From Geosiphon pyriformis uo1 (taxonomy: Eukaryota; Fungi; Glomeromycota): a DNA stretch of 64,000 bases. The stretch's first letter is position 1. Each line of letters opens with the position of its first letter. This document shows positions 28,173 through 42,800 of this stretch, in pieces. The notes under the pieces are model-generated. The model did no database searches, was not told the DNA's origin, and was given only the letters and a program-made list of their open reading frames with translations. A program made the position numbers and the translations under genes. The DNA is taken from contig JAAOMT010000231.1 of the NCBI GenBank assembly GCA_016748015.1, forward strand, positions 2,968 through 66,967, given 5' to 3'.

Positions 28173-28708
28173 TCAACGTATCACGTTTTGAAGAACGTCA
28201 ACCTGTTGCTTGATATCCTTACTGCAAAAAGTAAATAAGAACCAAGTTCAAGGAATATCGATTAAAAGTTATTGCCAAGTTGAATCCTTCACTTACATCT
28301 GAGCAGCGAGCTTATGAACCATGGAGAATTCCTGATCAAGGGATTCACACAGGATAATAAGTTTCTTAGTTTTATTCGCAGCTTCTTGAATGGTAGAACA
28401 ATAGTTCGTAATTGTGAGATCATAAATGTCAAAAGATGAACGCGTCAATTTAGATGCCTTTTTTACATGGTAAAATTACAAAAAACAACTGATCAGAAAA
28501 AAAAGCTGGATTGTAATGAAAACGAAGCAATAGTGACGATGCTGATAATAACCTGAAACATTTGCCCTTGCAAATTGCTCAACATGCCATTCAGATCCTT
28601 GGCAACTCCATAAGCGGCTCCTTCTATCTGGTTCACGAAATTCTGATCGATAGATAGTATTTTCCTGGTAGCCGAAAATTTTGGAGAAGTCTGTTGTGAG
28701 GAAGACAT
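28173..28708 (-). CDS. BLOC-1-related complex subunit 6 (BORCS6/lyspersin)-like small coiled-coil protein
   Basis: Three exons give ..IDQNFVNQIEGAAYGVAKDLNGMLSNLQGQMFQASKLTRSSFDIYDLTITNYCSTIQEAANKTKKLIILCESLDQEFSMVHKLAAQIKDIKQQVDVLQNVIR*, matching the BORCS6 C-terminal pattern (CEEL..xxxVxxLAxQIKxIKxxxDxL). Confidence 0.65.
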
Positions 28709-29224
28709 ATTAGTTCAAACTATGAGTACTAGTTGCTTAGGCTCCAGGTTATTGTGATAAATAAGATTAGACACTGATACACAAAACATCACAAAAGCCA
28801 ATCTTTCATTATAGATCTAATGCTTTTTCATTTAAATTGCTTTTTATCATATGAACCCAAAAAAATCTCGCTCATTAACAGATTTCTGCATGAATAATGT
28901 CTTTCGAGCTTCATTTTCTATATTTATAAAAAAGATCTAGGCAAAATTTGATCTATATGTACAACTATTGACCTTAATTAGGAAACAACTCTGGAAACCC
29001 AATATTTCTATAATCTACGTTTAAATACCAATGTTCTTTCAGAATATTGCATGAATTCTTAAAAATCAATTTGATAAAGAATATTACCCATGAACTTTTT
29101 TCTAACGGAAAAAACAACAATTTAATGACGCGGATGTTGCCTATTATCTACAAGTCAACCTGGAATTTGATTTTAGAAAGGAAAACGAGTATGACCGTTG
29201 AAAGGTCTTTCCTTCCCTCTTGAC

Positions 29225-30778
29225 TCACCTGGTAAAGCTTGTTACCACATCAATAACTCGTGCTGCCTTTTTGAGAAGTTCTCTACTAGCATCACAACAT
29301 TCCATTCTCAAAATTTTCAAAGTTTGTTTTTCAACTGCATAGCCAATAATGACCTTAAGGTGGTCATTAGATATTCTGCAATTTTGGTGAAATACTAGTG
29401 TCTTTAAGGGGGCCTTACAATTCTGAAAAAATTCATGCATGGCCTCGACAGAAAAGTCCCAGTCTAGATGCAAATCACGGAGGGATCTGGGTAAAGCTTC
29501 ACCCAATTGAGGTAAAAAGCCAGTGGCGTTTACCCGCCCAGCATAATAATTAGTACGAATTCTCAGATAAGTAAGGAGTCGGCAAGAATTGAGAAGGGTA
29601 ATTAGCTGCCTTTGTTCATGGTCTTGCCATGCCAAGTCTATATACGCAATCTGCGGACAATACTGAGCAACTGTTAAATATATATTCGATGATCCTTGGT
29701 TTTTTACAAGTTGATCAATCGTCAATTTGAGTAGCTTTTGATTAGCAAGTTGTATTATGTTGCAAATAGACTCAGTTGGAATACATGTCCCAATGCAATA
29801 AAACTCTTTAAGATTCATAGAATGGTTCTCTAAATTACGAGGATTCATCAAAAACCCACTTGCTTCTCCGCACGATGAGATTTTGAGAGAAACAAGTTTC
29901 TCAAATGTTGATACTGCATCGAGAGTAATTCCTGAACAGTTTACTTTGTGCAATTCTAATAAATTGAGTGTTTTTTTGTGTTTCTTGAGCTCTGAAAAAA
30001 CAGCCTTCATTCCATGATCACAATCTACTAGAGTCAAATTCTCTAATCTGTTTTGCATTCTAATGAGGAGTGCCAAGTTTTGGGCACAGAAGGATCCCAG
30101 TGACCAGATATGTAAGCGTCGGATCTCTCTGCATATTTGCGACATAGACGTGAAAAAATCTATATTGCGATAGCCAGTATAATTTAGCTCATGAAGATTC
30201 GCAAGACATACCCGAGCACCGGGATAATTGTAAAGTAAAAAATCCTCGTCTGGGATATCCAGAGCTATTCTTTTCTCGGTAACATCAAGAAGGTCAAATG
30301 TCGGGCAACGTAAAAAAAACAACTTGCAAAGCTCTTTTACAACTAAACGGCGTTGTGATTTTGAATCTACAAAGTTGGCTGCAGAACCTTTGTATAATTT
30401 CCACCTTTTAACGTCATGGTCACCAAGTTCATCTACAACGTTTAGGAGCCAATCAGAGACCGATTTGTACAAAGGGGTCAAAACAAGCTCTCGCAAGAAG
30501 ACAGCATAATTAAAGGTTGGAATGGGTCTCTTCAAAGGTAGCTCTACTCCGGCCTCCTCAAATAGTTTGTGTTGCTCTTTTGAAAGGCAAGAAACATATG
30601 TTCTAATAAGCGCACGAGACGGCTGCTCTAGAAAGTGGAAAGGTCTTTTCCACAAAAAACCAACCACATTGGCACACCAGAAACGATCAACCAAGAGGCA
30701 ACTATAAAGGGAGTTGATGTCATTTTCTAAATATTTGATTATTTCTTGAACACAATCGACCACCATAGATGGCGCCAT
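29225..30778 (-). CDS. F-box/RNI-like LRR protein of the family expanded in Glomeromycota
   Basis: Intronless 517-aa ORF; N-terminus DCVQEIIKYLENDINSLYSCLLVDRFWCANVVGFLWKRPF, PTFNYAVFLREL; LRR-like repeats. Confidence 0.85.
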   Translation of the reverse strand: MAPSMVVDCVQEIIKYLENDINSLYSCLLVDRFWCANVVGFLWKRPFHFLEQPSRALIRTYVSCLSKEQHKLFEEAGVELPLKRPIPTFNYAVFLRELVLTPLYKSVSDWLLNVVDELGDHDVKRWKLYKGSAANFVDSKSQRRLVVKELCKLFFLRCPTFDLLDVTEKRIALDIPDEDFLLYNYPGARVCLANLHELNYTGYRNIDFFTSMSQICREIRRLHIWSLGSFCAQNLALLIRMQNRLENLTLVDCDHGMKAVFSELKKHKKTLNLLELHKVNCSGITLDAVSTFEKLVSLKISSCGEASGFLMNPRNLENHSMNLKEFYCIGTCIPTESICNIIQLANQKLLKLTIDQLVKNQGSSNIYLTVAQYCPQIAYIDLAWQDHEQRQLITLLNSCRLLTYLRIRTNYYAGRVNATGFLPQLGEALPRSLRDLHLDWDFSVEAMHEFFQNCKAPLKTLVFHQNCRISNDHLKVIIGYAVEKQTLKILRMECCDASRELLKKAARVIDVVTSFTR

Positions 30779-31043
30779 GGTAATAAATTGTCGTTCCGTT
30801 TACTTTGAGACTTAGGACGTTGGCGAAAGAATGCAAGTTTGTAACTGTTCATAACTTCAATCGGGAAAATAATCGTCCATCGTCTATAATAAGTTCGAGA
30901 ATCGGAGAACTTGTGTTCGAGATTGCCCATCAGGATACACGATCGTCAAACTGATCAACAGAAAATCCAGGGTAAGGTGAGTATTCCAAAATTGGCCATT
31001 GTGAACATAAATACTATAGTTCTAAATCCTCTTGCTTATAAAC

Positions 31044-32845
<1,802 letters not shown>

Positions 32846-33012
32846 TACGGATTGCAATTAAAGAATCCTTGACAAACTGTATCAATTTGAAAAGGACTTA
32901 ATAATTAATTGTAACTAGAATAACTGAATAACTGTTTCAGGTAGAGGTGAATTCTGATCTAAGCTGGTTTATCAATGTGGATCAAAAACAATAAAGTTGA
33001 AGTTTTAATACA

Positions 33013-34027
33013 ATGTTCATACTCTCAGTATTCTCAGATACCGTAAAAATTGCCCCATCTAATTTTCAAAAAAACAGGTATGAAGCCATAACAGACCAAA
33101 TAAATCAAAAATACGCCAACAAGGTAATGCAAACGGCAAAACCGAAGTTTTCACTTTTCTAAATCTAATGTTTTAGCGTTTATTCCCTTGCTCGAAAGCC
33201 TTAATACAATAAAGTTGCTTCTGCAATTCACTTTTATGAATCTACCAATGAAAGAAAGATCTAGTCTTAAAATTGTCTGAGGGAAGAGTTTACTTTTCAC
33301 TCCAAATATTTTTCTATCTTTATTTTATCTCCAAAGGTCGTTCACGATCTTGGCCTCTGCATCTGTCTATATGATATATTAGAAGCTGGTGAAGAGTTCT
33401 TGTACCACGGGAGTGAAGGAGCTAGTTTTGTGAAAGGTAAGGAATATTTTTTTATCCTTTTTTTATTCTCGATTCTAACTATCTTTTGTGTTTTAGTTAA
33501 GTTCAGGTTAGTTGTTTTTCGTCCGTTTATCGGCGAAGTCCTTGTTGGAAAAATTCACCATTGCAGGGTTGACCAGATAAGAGGTATTTATATATTCTAT
33601 TATGTAATTATACAAAACATAACGTTGCCACTAATTTTTTTCAATAACAAAGTGACTTTAGGTTTCTTTGATGATATTAGAATACCAGCGGCACTCATAA
33701 GGAGACAAATGACATTGCAAGTACCTTTGCACATTTAATTCTTGCATACTGACAATAACATTAAATTGATGATATTGCTTCACCAGTGATCATCACTATC
33801 AAGGGTTTGTATGGGACTATGGAGAGGGCTGTATGTGGTTGCAGAAAGGTGACTTAATTCGTTTTCGCGTCCATGCGGAATCTTTTGCGGATACCACACC
33901 CACTGAGTTGCGAGGATCAGCTAGGCCTCGTCACTGGACCAGGAATTCTTTAAGGGTTGCCCCATATGAATTAATTTGTTCTTTGCAAGAAGATGGGGCT
34001 GGGCCTTGCGACTATTGGGAAGATTGA
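33013..34027 (+). CDS. RPC25: RNA polymerase III subunit Rpc25 (RPC8/POLR3H)
   Basis: MFILSVFSDTVKIAP..AITDQINQKYANK|VVHDLGLCICLYDIL, FRLVVFRPFIGEVLVGKI, LGFFDDIRIP, IRFRV; the C-terminus PYELICSLQEDGAGPCDYWED is somewhat divergent. Confidence 0.85.
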
Positions 34028-34449
34028 AGAAAAAAATTTTTGAGTTCAAAAATGCCACCAGAATCTCTTCCGTCTTTTAAGTTTTTAACTTATATGATAC
34101 TGAATTAAAGATATACAAAATCCCGCCTGAACATAATTTAGATCTTACAGTCAGAGCCAACAATCAGTGGCAATTGTACTGGCATGATATATAAAAAATC
34201 TTGGAAAGGAAATTTTATTAAAATTTCCTCTAAATAAAAAATAAAGCAAATAAAATATAATAAAAAGCAATTTTGTTAATATTAAAACCAAAAAATTCTA
34301 ATCGACAAAAACCATTCAATAAAATCAAGATATAATATTTTTTAATTTTAATATATATTTAATTTAATCTTTTATTTAAAAACAAATTTGTTAAAAAAAA
34401 TTAAATATATAATAAATATGGTTTAATAAAAATTTTGGAATATAATAAA

Positions 34450-35060
34450 AAAATTCTTTCTTTTCTGTATTTTTATGACTACAACCAGAACAAAAAATAA
34501 AAAAGTCACAATTCTTTATTTTTTGAAGCAACTGGTAGTATCTTTACTAATAAAACATTTACAGCTATAAAAACTGCTTAATAGCATTTTGTAGAAATAC
34601 TTTTTTTAAATAAAGTAGTTGTGAACCAGTTTTCTGCTGGCTTTAAAACACTTTTTTTGGTTTTAATTAAAAGTTTTTTTCTATTTAAAGTCTTTTTTAA
34701 GTAATAATTTAAAAGTTTTGAAACTTTTAACAACAAACTAGTAGCTAACCTATTTATTATTATTATTTTTTCTTTTATATTAGCTCAAATAACCAAAAAA
34801 ACCAAAAGAACAAAGAAGCAATTACTTTTTTTTTACTTAAAAATATCAATTTTTTTAAAATACTTAAAAATTTTTTTTCTTAATATTTTTTTAAATTTTG
34901 AAGCCAGCTTTTTTTTTATAAAAAATTGAACATTGATTTTATTTGATTTTTTTGGTAATTATACTAATTCTATTATAATTGTATTAGTTATAATACTTAA
35001 TTTAAATTTGACTGTAAATAATAACTTTTTTTTTGAATAATAACAATAACAACATATTTA
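34450..35060 (+). mobile_element. Extremely AT-shifted relic (5' part) of the ORF1-only retroelement family seen at 58740-61022
   Basis: ATGACTACAACCAGAACAAAAAATAAAAAAG versus ATGACCATGACCAGAGCAAAAAGTAAAAAAG (58760); AAATAACCAAAAAAACCAAAAG versus AAATGGTCAAAAAGACCAAAAG; same A-run plus pyrimidine-rich leader. Confidence 0.6.
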
Positions 35061-35649
35061 TTAAAGCTAATTTTAATAAATTATTAACTATATTACTTAT
35101 TATATTGTTACAGATTGAAATAACAAGCTAATAAATAGCAAAAAAGAACAGAATTATAGAGTAATAGAAATAATCAAAGAGGATTTTACAATAAAAATAC
35201 AAATTAAGTATGTATGAATTTAATATATATAATCAATTTTATAAAAATTATAGTCATTAATCTTTTCTAAAAATCTAAAAATAGAGAAATAATTTATGAT
35301 TATTAACAAGATAATACTATTGTTATTATTTTATGTCTCATTTTAGCAATTCTTAAAATCAATAACAGATATTATTGTGCTTTTTAGTTATTTTTTTTAT
35401 TTAATAAATCACAAGAGTAAGCAATTATTTTTTAAATTAATTCTAATAATACAAATCAAGAAAAAAAAAAGATAAAATATGTAAATACCAATAAATAATT
35501 TTTTATTTCAAAATGTTTAGATACTTGAAAATAAAGAAAAAAAAATAAGTAATATAAAAAGAAGTAATTAATAGTGAGTTTTATTTTGTTATTTTAATCA
35601 TATCTTTCTATAGCTAAAAAACTTATTGTTTATATAATTATTGAAAATG

Positions 35650-35790
35650 GTTAATAATTAAGTTAATAACTAAATCAATAATTAAATTATTAATTAGGTC
35701 AACAATTAAGTTATTAATTAGATCAATAATTAAATTAATAATCAGATCAATAATTAAGTTATTAATTAAGTCAATAATAATTATCTAAAA
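35650..35790. repeat. Degenerate 12-bp tandem array (AATAATTAAGTY-like), related to the array at about 50570-50680
   Basis: About 10 units such as AATAATTAAGTT/ATTAATTAGGTC, followed by TAAAAATAAGAT, which also follows the array at about 50664. Confidence 0.6.
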
Positions 35791-35799
35791 ATAAGATGC

Positions 35800-36801
35800 T
35801 GTTACCAGTAGAATTTTAGCTATTAATTAGCATGAAATTACCCTTATAATTCCTATAATTAATTAGTATATTAATATCATTTCAAATTATTATTTATTAT
35901 TTAATCAATTATCACATATCACGATTCAATTAAAATAATTAAATTAGTATAACAGAAAGTAGAATGATCAAATTACACAATACTCTGAACTTTGTAACAT
36001 TCTAAAATTCGCCAAAATTTACAGAAATTCGCCAAAATTTATAAGAAATTTGCCAAAATTTACAGAAATTTGCCGAAATTATGAATAGTTCACTCAAATT
36101 AATCAATAGTTCAGCGAAATAACTTGTAGTTCATCAAAATGTATCTTTAGTTCGCCAAAATTTGAGCAAAGAGAAAAAGTGTAAGTTCATAGACTAGTAC
36201 TACAACAAGTTGTATAAAAGAAAAGCTTTTTTCTTCAAGAAAATGTATCTTACTTTAGATTTATCACTTAGAACCATTCCTATATACACAAAAAGAAATA
36301 AATATCAAATAATTTGAAAAACCAAATTCTTTAATTATTGCACTTGGAAAATTCCCAAAACCCAACTAATGTTTTGAAATTGATTAGCTACCAATTTCAG
36401 TAAACTGTTAGTGACTCCAGGCCTAGATAAAAAACGTTTCCCTTGATAAAATCCTATTTCTTTTACATTTCTTTTATTTTTCTTTTCTTTTCTTATTACA
36501 ATCATTAGGGTAGCCTACAGACGAGATTCCTGTAGAAGAGTTGACTTTCACAGCAAAGTAACTACACATTTTTAGTGAGCTTCCAGATGAGCAATTTCTG
36601 GGAAAGAGTTGACATTTACTACAATGTAACTACATAAAGTAACTGGCAAGGAATTGGCCATTCCACTTATAAGCCCAGCAAGTTCAAATTATAGAATATA
36701 AATTCAGTTATTGGAGATTCAACTACTTCTAAAAAACGTAAATTTGCAACCAACAGACATTTACAATATTCAAGAAAAGAGACCAAAAACCTCTGGTAAC
36801 A
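35800..36801 (+). repeat. 5' LTR (subtype A, about 1 kb)
   Basis: TG..CA ends with terminal inverted repeat TGTTACCAG/CTGGTAACA; homologous to 44719-45692 and, inverted, to 48336-49307; four copies of an internal ~20-bp unit (AAATTCGCCAAAATTTACAG-like). Confidence 0.95.
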
Positions 36802-36803
36802 TT

Positions 36804-36820
36804 TGGTGCTCTCCCACGGA
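36804..36820 (+). promoter_or_regulatory. Primer-binding site candidate
   Basis: TGGTGCTCTCCCACGGA starts 2 nt after the LTR end; the TGG start is complementary to a tRNA CCA end. The specific tRNA is not identified. Confidence 0.7.
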
Positions 36821-36846
36821 AATAACACAACAACAACAAATTCAAA

Positions 36847-39800
36847 GTGGTGACCACACCAGACACAGCAACTCTAGAGTATTACCAGTCAATTTACACC
36901 CACTGCAAGCAAAGATTTAACATTCCAGACGGAATTGAAGTTGTCAAGAAATCAATATACCAATATATTAAAAACTGCATTAACAATTATCTTTTTGGAA
37001 ACTACAACATTTCAGAAGTTAGAAGCAACCTCTACAATAATTTAGTGTACTATTCACAATTGGGAACAGAAGACCTGAACAGTAAAACACTTGCTACCTA
37101 CTTCCAAGAACTTAATTTTAACATTATTGAGTATTGTGAAGAAAAATACCCAGTACAGTCTAAATACTCTTTTGACTTTAAATTAGAAACAGAAACAAGC
37201 AACAAAGGCAAACAAAGATTGAAGCAATACTCAAGAACCACTTCAAACACTTCAACACTACAAAAGACAACTGCCAAACACTTGCAAACACCTGAACAAG
37301 GAACCAGTATCAAATTACCACTTTCTATTACATTATTTCCAATTTCACTTGTTTAACCACAAACACCAAGTTCATCACTTAACCGTTTCTCCAGATCAGA
37401 AGATTTTCAGTCACCTAGAAATCCTACTTAACAACAGGAACCAATATCAACAAGTGCTAATATCATTGATTACTTACAGAAAAACAAAAGTAATCACTCA
37501 GAAAGCTTGGAATGTAAAAAAACTGAATCAGAACCAGAAGAAATTACAGAAAATGAAGAAGAAATGGCAACTGCTTACATTGCAAAAATCCCAGAATTCA
37601 CTAATGAAGACAATGATACCAGTCCTCAAGAATGGCTTGACAAAGTTCAAAAAGCAGGAGATGTCAATGGTTGGATCGCAGCAAGAATGCTCAAAGCAAT
37701 TTTTTACTTTTTCCAAAAAACAGCAGGAGAATGGTTTAAAAACTTAAAAGAACCATTTGATAACTGGCAAACATTTAAAGATGCTTTTCTACAACAATTC
37801 ACTGACAACAATACTTCTATCACTCTCAGAAACTGCTTTCACAATATCAAACAAAAAACATCTGAAACTGTTATAACTTATTTTGGAAGATTTAACAAAC
37901 TTTTCAGACAAATCCGACAATTGGAAACCAATGACTACTATTCTGATGCTCAAATTCTGAATCAGTTTATAGCAGAGTTAAAAGACAAACTGATTAAAAA
38001 AGTCCGTCCACATGCTCCAGCAGACTTAGCAACTGCTATTAGACATACAAAGAGCTATGAAATGGCAATGGAAGAAGCAAATCACACCAAGCTTGTAAAT
38101 CTTGCAATTGGAGAAACCAGCTCAACAGTTGAAGAAAAGATAGACCAACTCACAAAAAAGATTGAAAGCTACTTCACAAACCAACAACAACAGCAACAAC
38201 AACCACAAAGATATCAACTCTCACAATGACACAACTAAAACAATTTTGGATTATTATCCAACAACCAACCTCAAAATTGTCATTATTGTGGAATTTCAGG
38301 ACACTGGAAACAAGATTGTAAGAAATTACAAAGAGACTAACAAAACAGAAGTAATCAACATTACTCTTCACCACAACAATCATATTACCAATCTCCACCA
38401 CCAACCTATTATTCACCAAGATCACAAAATCAAAACAGTTACTATCTACCAGCTCCACAATCAATGCAGCAACAATATCAGCAATCTTTACCAATTCAGC
38501 CATATCAGACACCACCCATTTAACAATATTAAGTACCAGCAAGAAAATTGGTTCAACATAACCAATTCACACCCCAAAATCAATTACAGAGTAACCACAA
38601 CAGAATCAATCCAAATAACCAGTTGGTTCCCCAAAATTCTGGTCAGCAAAGATCCAATCACTATTACACTCAACCCAGTTATCTTACAGTACCAGAGGAA
38701 TCGGATTTTCAACAAACTGCACTTTTTAAAGGTAAAGCTGCAGTGCCAAGATCAAACCCTTTCAACCACACCATTCTACCAACTCAAATTGCCCAAAATG
38801 CCAATCTGTCAGATATATTTCCATTTGAATTTGAAGCAAATGAATCACCATTTCTGCTTAGTAATGCAGCAGTCAATAAACAAAAAGCAATTACTGCTAT
38901 GTATACAGAAGCTACAGTAGAAGGAAAATATATTTGCTTAATCTTAAATAGTGAATTGGCTGGAAGTATCATCACTTACCAGCTGATGCAACAACTCAAA
39001 CGAAACATAGACAGATCAGCTCAAACAGTTATTGTCACAGCTGATAGTATGAAGAAGACTCCAGTAGGAGAAATTGATGATTTCCCCTTTTCAATTGATG
39101 AAATCACCATTCCAGTTAAAGTTCTTGTTATGGATGCACCCCAATACCAAGCTCTAGTTGGAAATAATTGGCTTCTTAAGACCAATGCAAACCTGAACTG
39201 GGAAACTCAAGAACTTAAAATCTCATACCAAGAACAATATACTATAGTACCTGCAATCTGTGGTATCTTTAACAAACAATCAGAAAAAGCCTCAGTATTT
39301 GAATTTGAAAAGGAGAAAGAAATACCACTTACTGAAACCTACATGGCTTTTGGATTAACATCCAATTGGGCTGAAGAAACAGAACAGGAGATTTTTGAAG
39401 AATCAAGAGAATGGAAGAAAGTTAGATATTCTACACCAGAACCACAGAAACAACCACTCTATATTCCACTCAAATGCAAAGATTGCAACAAAAAACTTTC
39501 ATCAATGGGAGCATGTATTTCTCCAGAAGAGGAATATGAAACTCGTACCTATTATTTTTGCAAAACATGCCATAGAGAACGATTTGGATCTTCAAAAAGA
39601 AGTGGAAAATAGGACAACACACCTTGCCTTACATGTGGAGAAATGCTACCAGAAGAATGCAATTAGATTGATGTAGCAATAAGAGGAGGAGTATGTGATC
39701 AAACCTGTTAATATGCTCTATCAATTTCGGAAAAAGTCAGAAGAGGAACACCATTTGATGCAGTATACAACAGTGCTCTCAATAAACTTTACCACTATCC

Positions 39801-42800
39801 TCATGATGCTGAAATGATTTTTGACTTAGCAATAGCATTGATCAATGAAGCCACCCAAGAAGATGTCCGCCAAATGAAAGAAGCTGAATATATTGAGTAT
39901 ATCATGGAATTAGCTGGATTTGATTATGAAGATGAAGTAAAAACCTACCACCAAATTGCAAGCCACACATATCCGACCAAAAAAGCTCAAATTCAATGAT
40001 TAGAGCAAATGAACATTCAATTATGTGAAGAATATGTTATGCCTTGTGATGACCAATGGTGTTTAGAATGTTATGCTCTTAGCATTTTTCTGCCAGATGA
40101 GAATGATGAAAATGAAATCGAATTTGGAGTATCTGAACTAGTAGAAAAACTACCAACCACTCTCATCTATCTTCTTGAAAAACAACCACCTCTACAACTT
40201 AAATATTTTGACAACCATGGCCAAGGAATCAGACCAGAAAAAACACACGAAATTGATGCTAGATATGACCTATAATACTTAGGAAAAGATACTTTGATTC
40301 TCTAACCAAAGTCTTTGACAAAAATCAATCTCAAAATTGCTCTTGAAATTCCACCAGGAGCAATGATTCAAATTGCCTTCAGATCATCATTGGCAAGCAA
40401 AGGAATTAATATTAGAAGAGGAGTTATAGATGCAGAATACACTAGAGACATTACCATCATGTTACAGAATGAAACAGACAAACCATTCAAAATTGAACAT
40501 GCTGAAAAAATTGCTCAAGCAATTTACTTATCCTTAATCAACATTTCGGGTTTACAATCAGTAAACAACAAAAAACAATTGGGAAAAAGTGAAAGAGAAA
40601 CTCAAGGTTTTGGTTCAACTGGACGATTTACAGTCCCAGTAAACATAGTTCTTAATACACAAAATGAATTTCACCAGATTCTTCAACTTCTTCAGCCAAT
40701 TACCATTTCACTTTTTGGAGAACATCACGAAATTTACACTTGCTCAAAACCCACCACTACACAACAAATCTTTGAATCCAATGAACAAATCTGTTTGAAG
40801 CATGAAATATCAATTCCAAACATTTATATTCCCAAAGGAATGAAAAAATTTCGAGTTACATTCTACAACCCCAATAATTACCTTATTGTTTTATTAAACA
40901 AATTAGAAATTGAAATCATACACAGCAATATTTTTCAAGATGAAAACCCTCAAATTGTCTCTAATTTCATCAAAATTGTAAAGCACACTCTACTCCCAAA
41001 TTCAAATATCATTCCCACTACTGAAAACTACCACTTGTTGGAAAAAAAACTCTCTTGAATCAATATAAGTCTCTTAGAACCTCAACAACAAAGACAATTG
41101 AAACAATTGATAGCTGAATTTGCAGATATATTTGCAAAAGACAACAATGAATTGGGAAAAACAGGCATTGTTCAACATCAGATCTATACAGGAGATGCTC
41201 TACCAAAACATCAACAAGCTTATTGAGTGCCACCTACCAGCCACCAATTCATCAGAGAAGAGGTCCAAAGAATGCTCAATAACGAATTAATTCAACCATT
41301 AAGAAGTTTTTAGGCCTCACCAGTAGTTTTAGTTAAAAAGAAAAACGGAAAAATCAGATTCTGTGTTAATTATAGACAACTGAATAGTGTTACAATTGGA
41401 GATGCCTACTCTCTTCCAAGAATTGATGACATGTTAGATGCTCTAGGAAAAGCCAAGTTCTTTTCAACTTTAGACCTAGAAAGTGAATACTGGCAAGTCG
41501 AAATGGACCCAAAAGATAGACCCAAAACAGCATTCACCACTCAAGAAGGAAATTATGAGTTTAATGTTATGCCTTTTGGACTCTGCAATACACCAACAAC
41601 ATTTCAGTGACTCATGGATGTTGTCTATGAAGGGCTCTTGTGGCAATTAGTAGTTGTTTATCTTGATAATACTAATGTATATTCACCAAGCTTTGAAGCC
41701 CATCTCATTCACCTGCGAGAAGTTTTTCAATGATTATGGAAAGCAGGATTAAAGTTAAATATTGAGAAATGTCACTTTGGAAAAACAAGCTTGATTTTTC
41801 TTGAACACATAGTTAGTAAAGATGGAATCAAACCAAATCCAGAAACAATCAATGCTGTCAAAAACTTTCAAACCTCCAGAAATACTACAGAACTAAGAGA
41901 ATTTGTGGGATTAGCTTCTTACTATCAAAAATTCATAAAAGAATTCTCAGAAATTGCCAAACCACTTAATTATCTTACCAACAAAAACGTACCATACAAA
42001 TAGACTAAAGAACAACAAAAAGCTTTTGAAATTTTCAAAACAAAATTGATAACAGCCCCAGTTTTTGCTTACCCAGACTTCAACAAACGATTCCAATTAG
42101 CCACTAATGCCTTACACATAGCATTTGGTGTTATCTTATCACAATTGGATGAAAATAGCCAAGAACAAGTTATTGTTTATGTCAGCAGAACACTCAAGTC
42201 AACAGAACTCAAATATGGCTCAACTGAATTAGAAGCTGCTGCAGTTATTTGGGCTCTTAAACATTTTTAACAATATCTAAAGAATGGAAAAGAATTTGAC
42301 ATAATAATAGACAACATTAGCCTCAAATGGCTCAATAAAAAGAAAACTGAACAAAGTGCCAAACAGTCTCAATGGAATGACTTCTTAGCAGACTACAGAT
42401 ATATTGTACACCACAAACCAGGAAAACTACATATCAATATTGATAGCCTTTCAAGAATGAGACAAGATTAATACCAACAACAATTCCACCACAACTTACC
42501 AACTTACCAACAAAATAACCAAACAAGAATAGATCCCAGAAACTACAGCAATCTTAAAAATTATTTGGAGACTCTTACCATATCAAAAAACTGGTCTCCA
42601 AGTGAAAAACACCACTTACAACACCAATTAAAACAATATTTCATACACCAGAACAAAATCTATTATAAAAATCACAGAAAACCAAACCAGCCATTCAGAT
42701 TAGTACAAGAGAATGAAAAAAAAACAATTTTATACAACATGCACACAGATCCATCTTCAGCACACTTGGAAAAAGAGGAAACAATTCAAAGAACCCTTGA

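Noticed and set aside
36004-36085. ~20-bp repeated units resembling a mini CRISPR or iteron array
   Set aside because: Head-to-tail without unique spacers and inside the LTR; copy number differs between LTR subtypes (four versus two).
38162-38920. Long alternative-frame ORFs over the Gln-rich gag region (also 46391-46975)
   Set aside because: By-product of CAA-rich low-complexity coding sequence; the main gag-pol frame explains the region.
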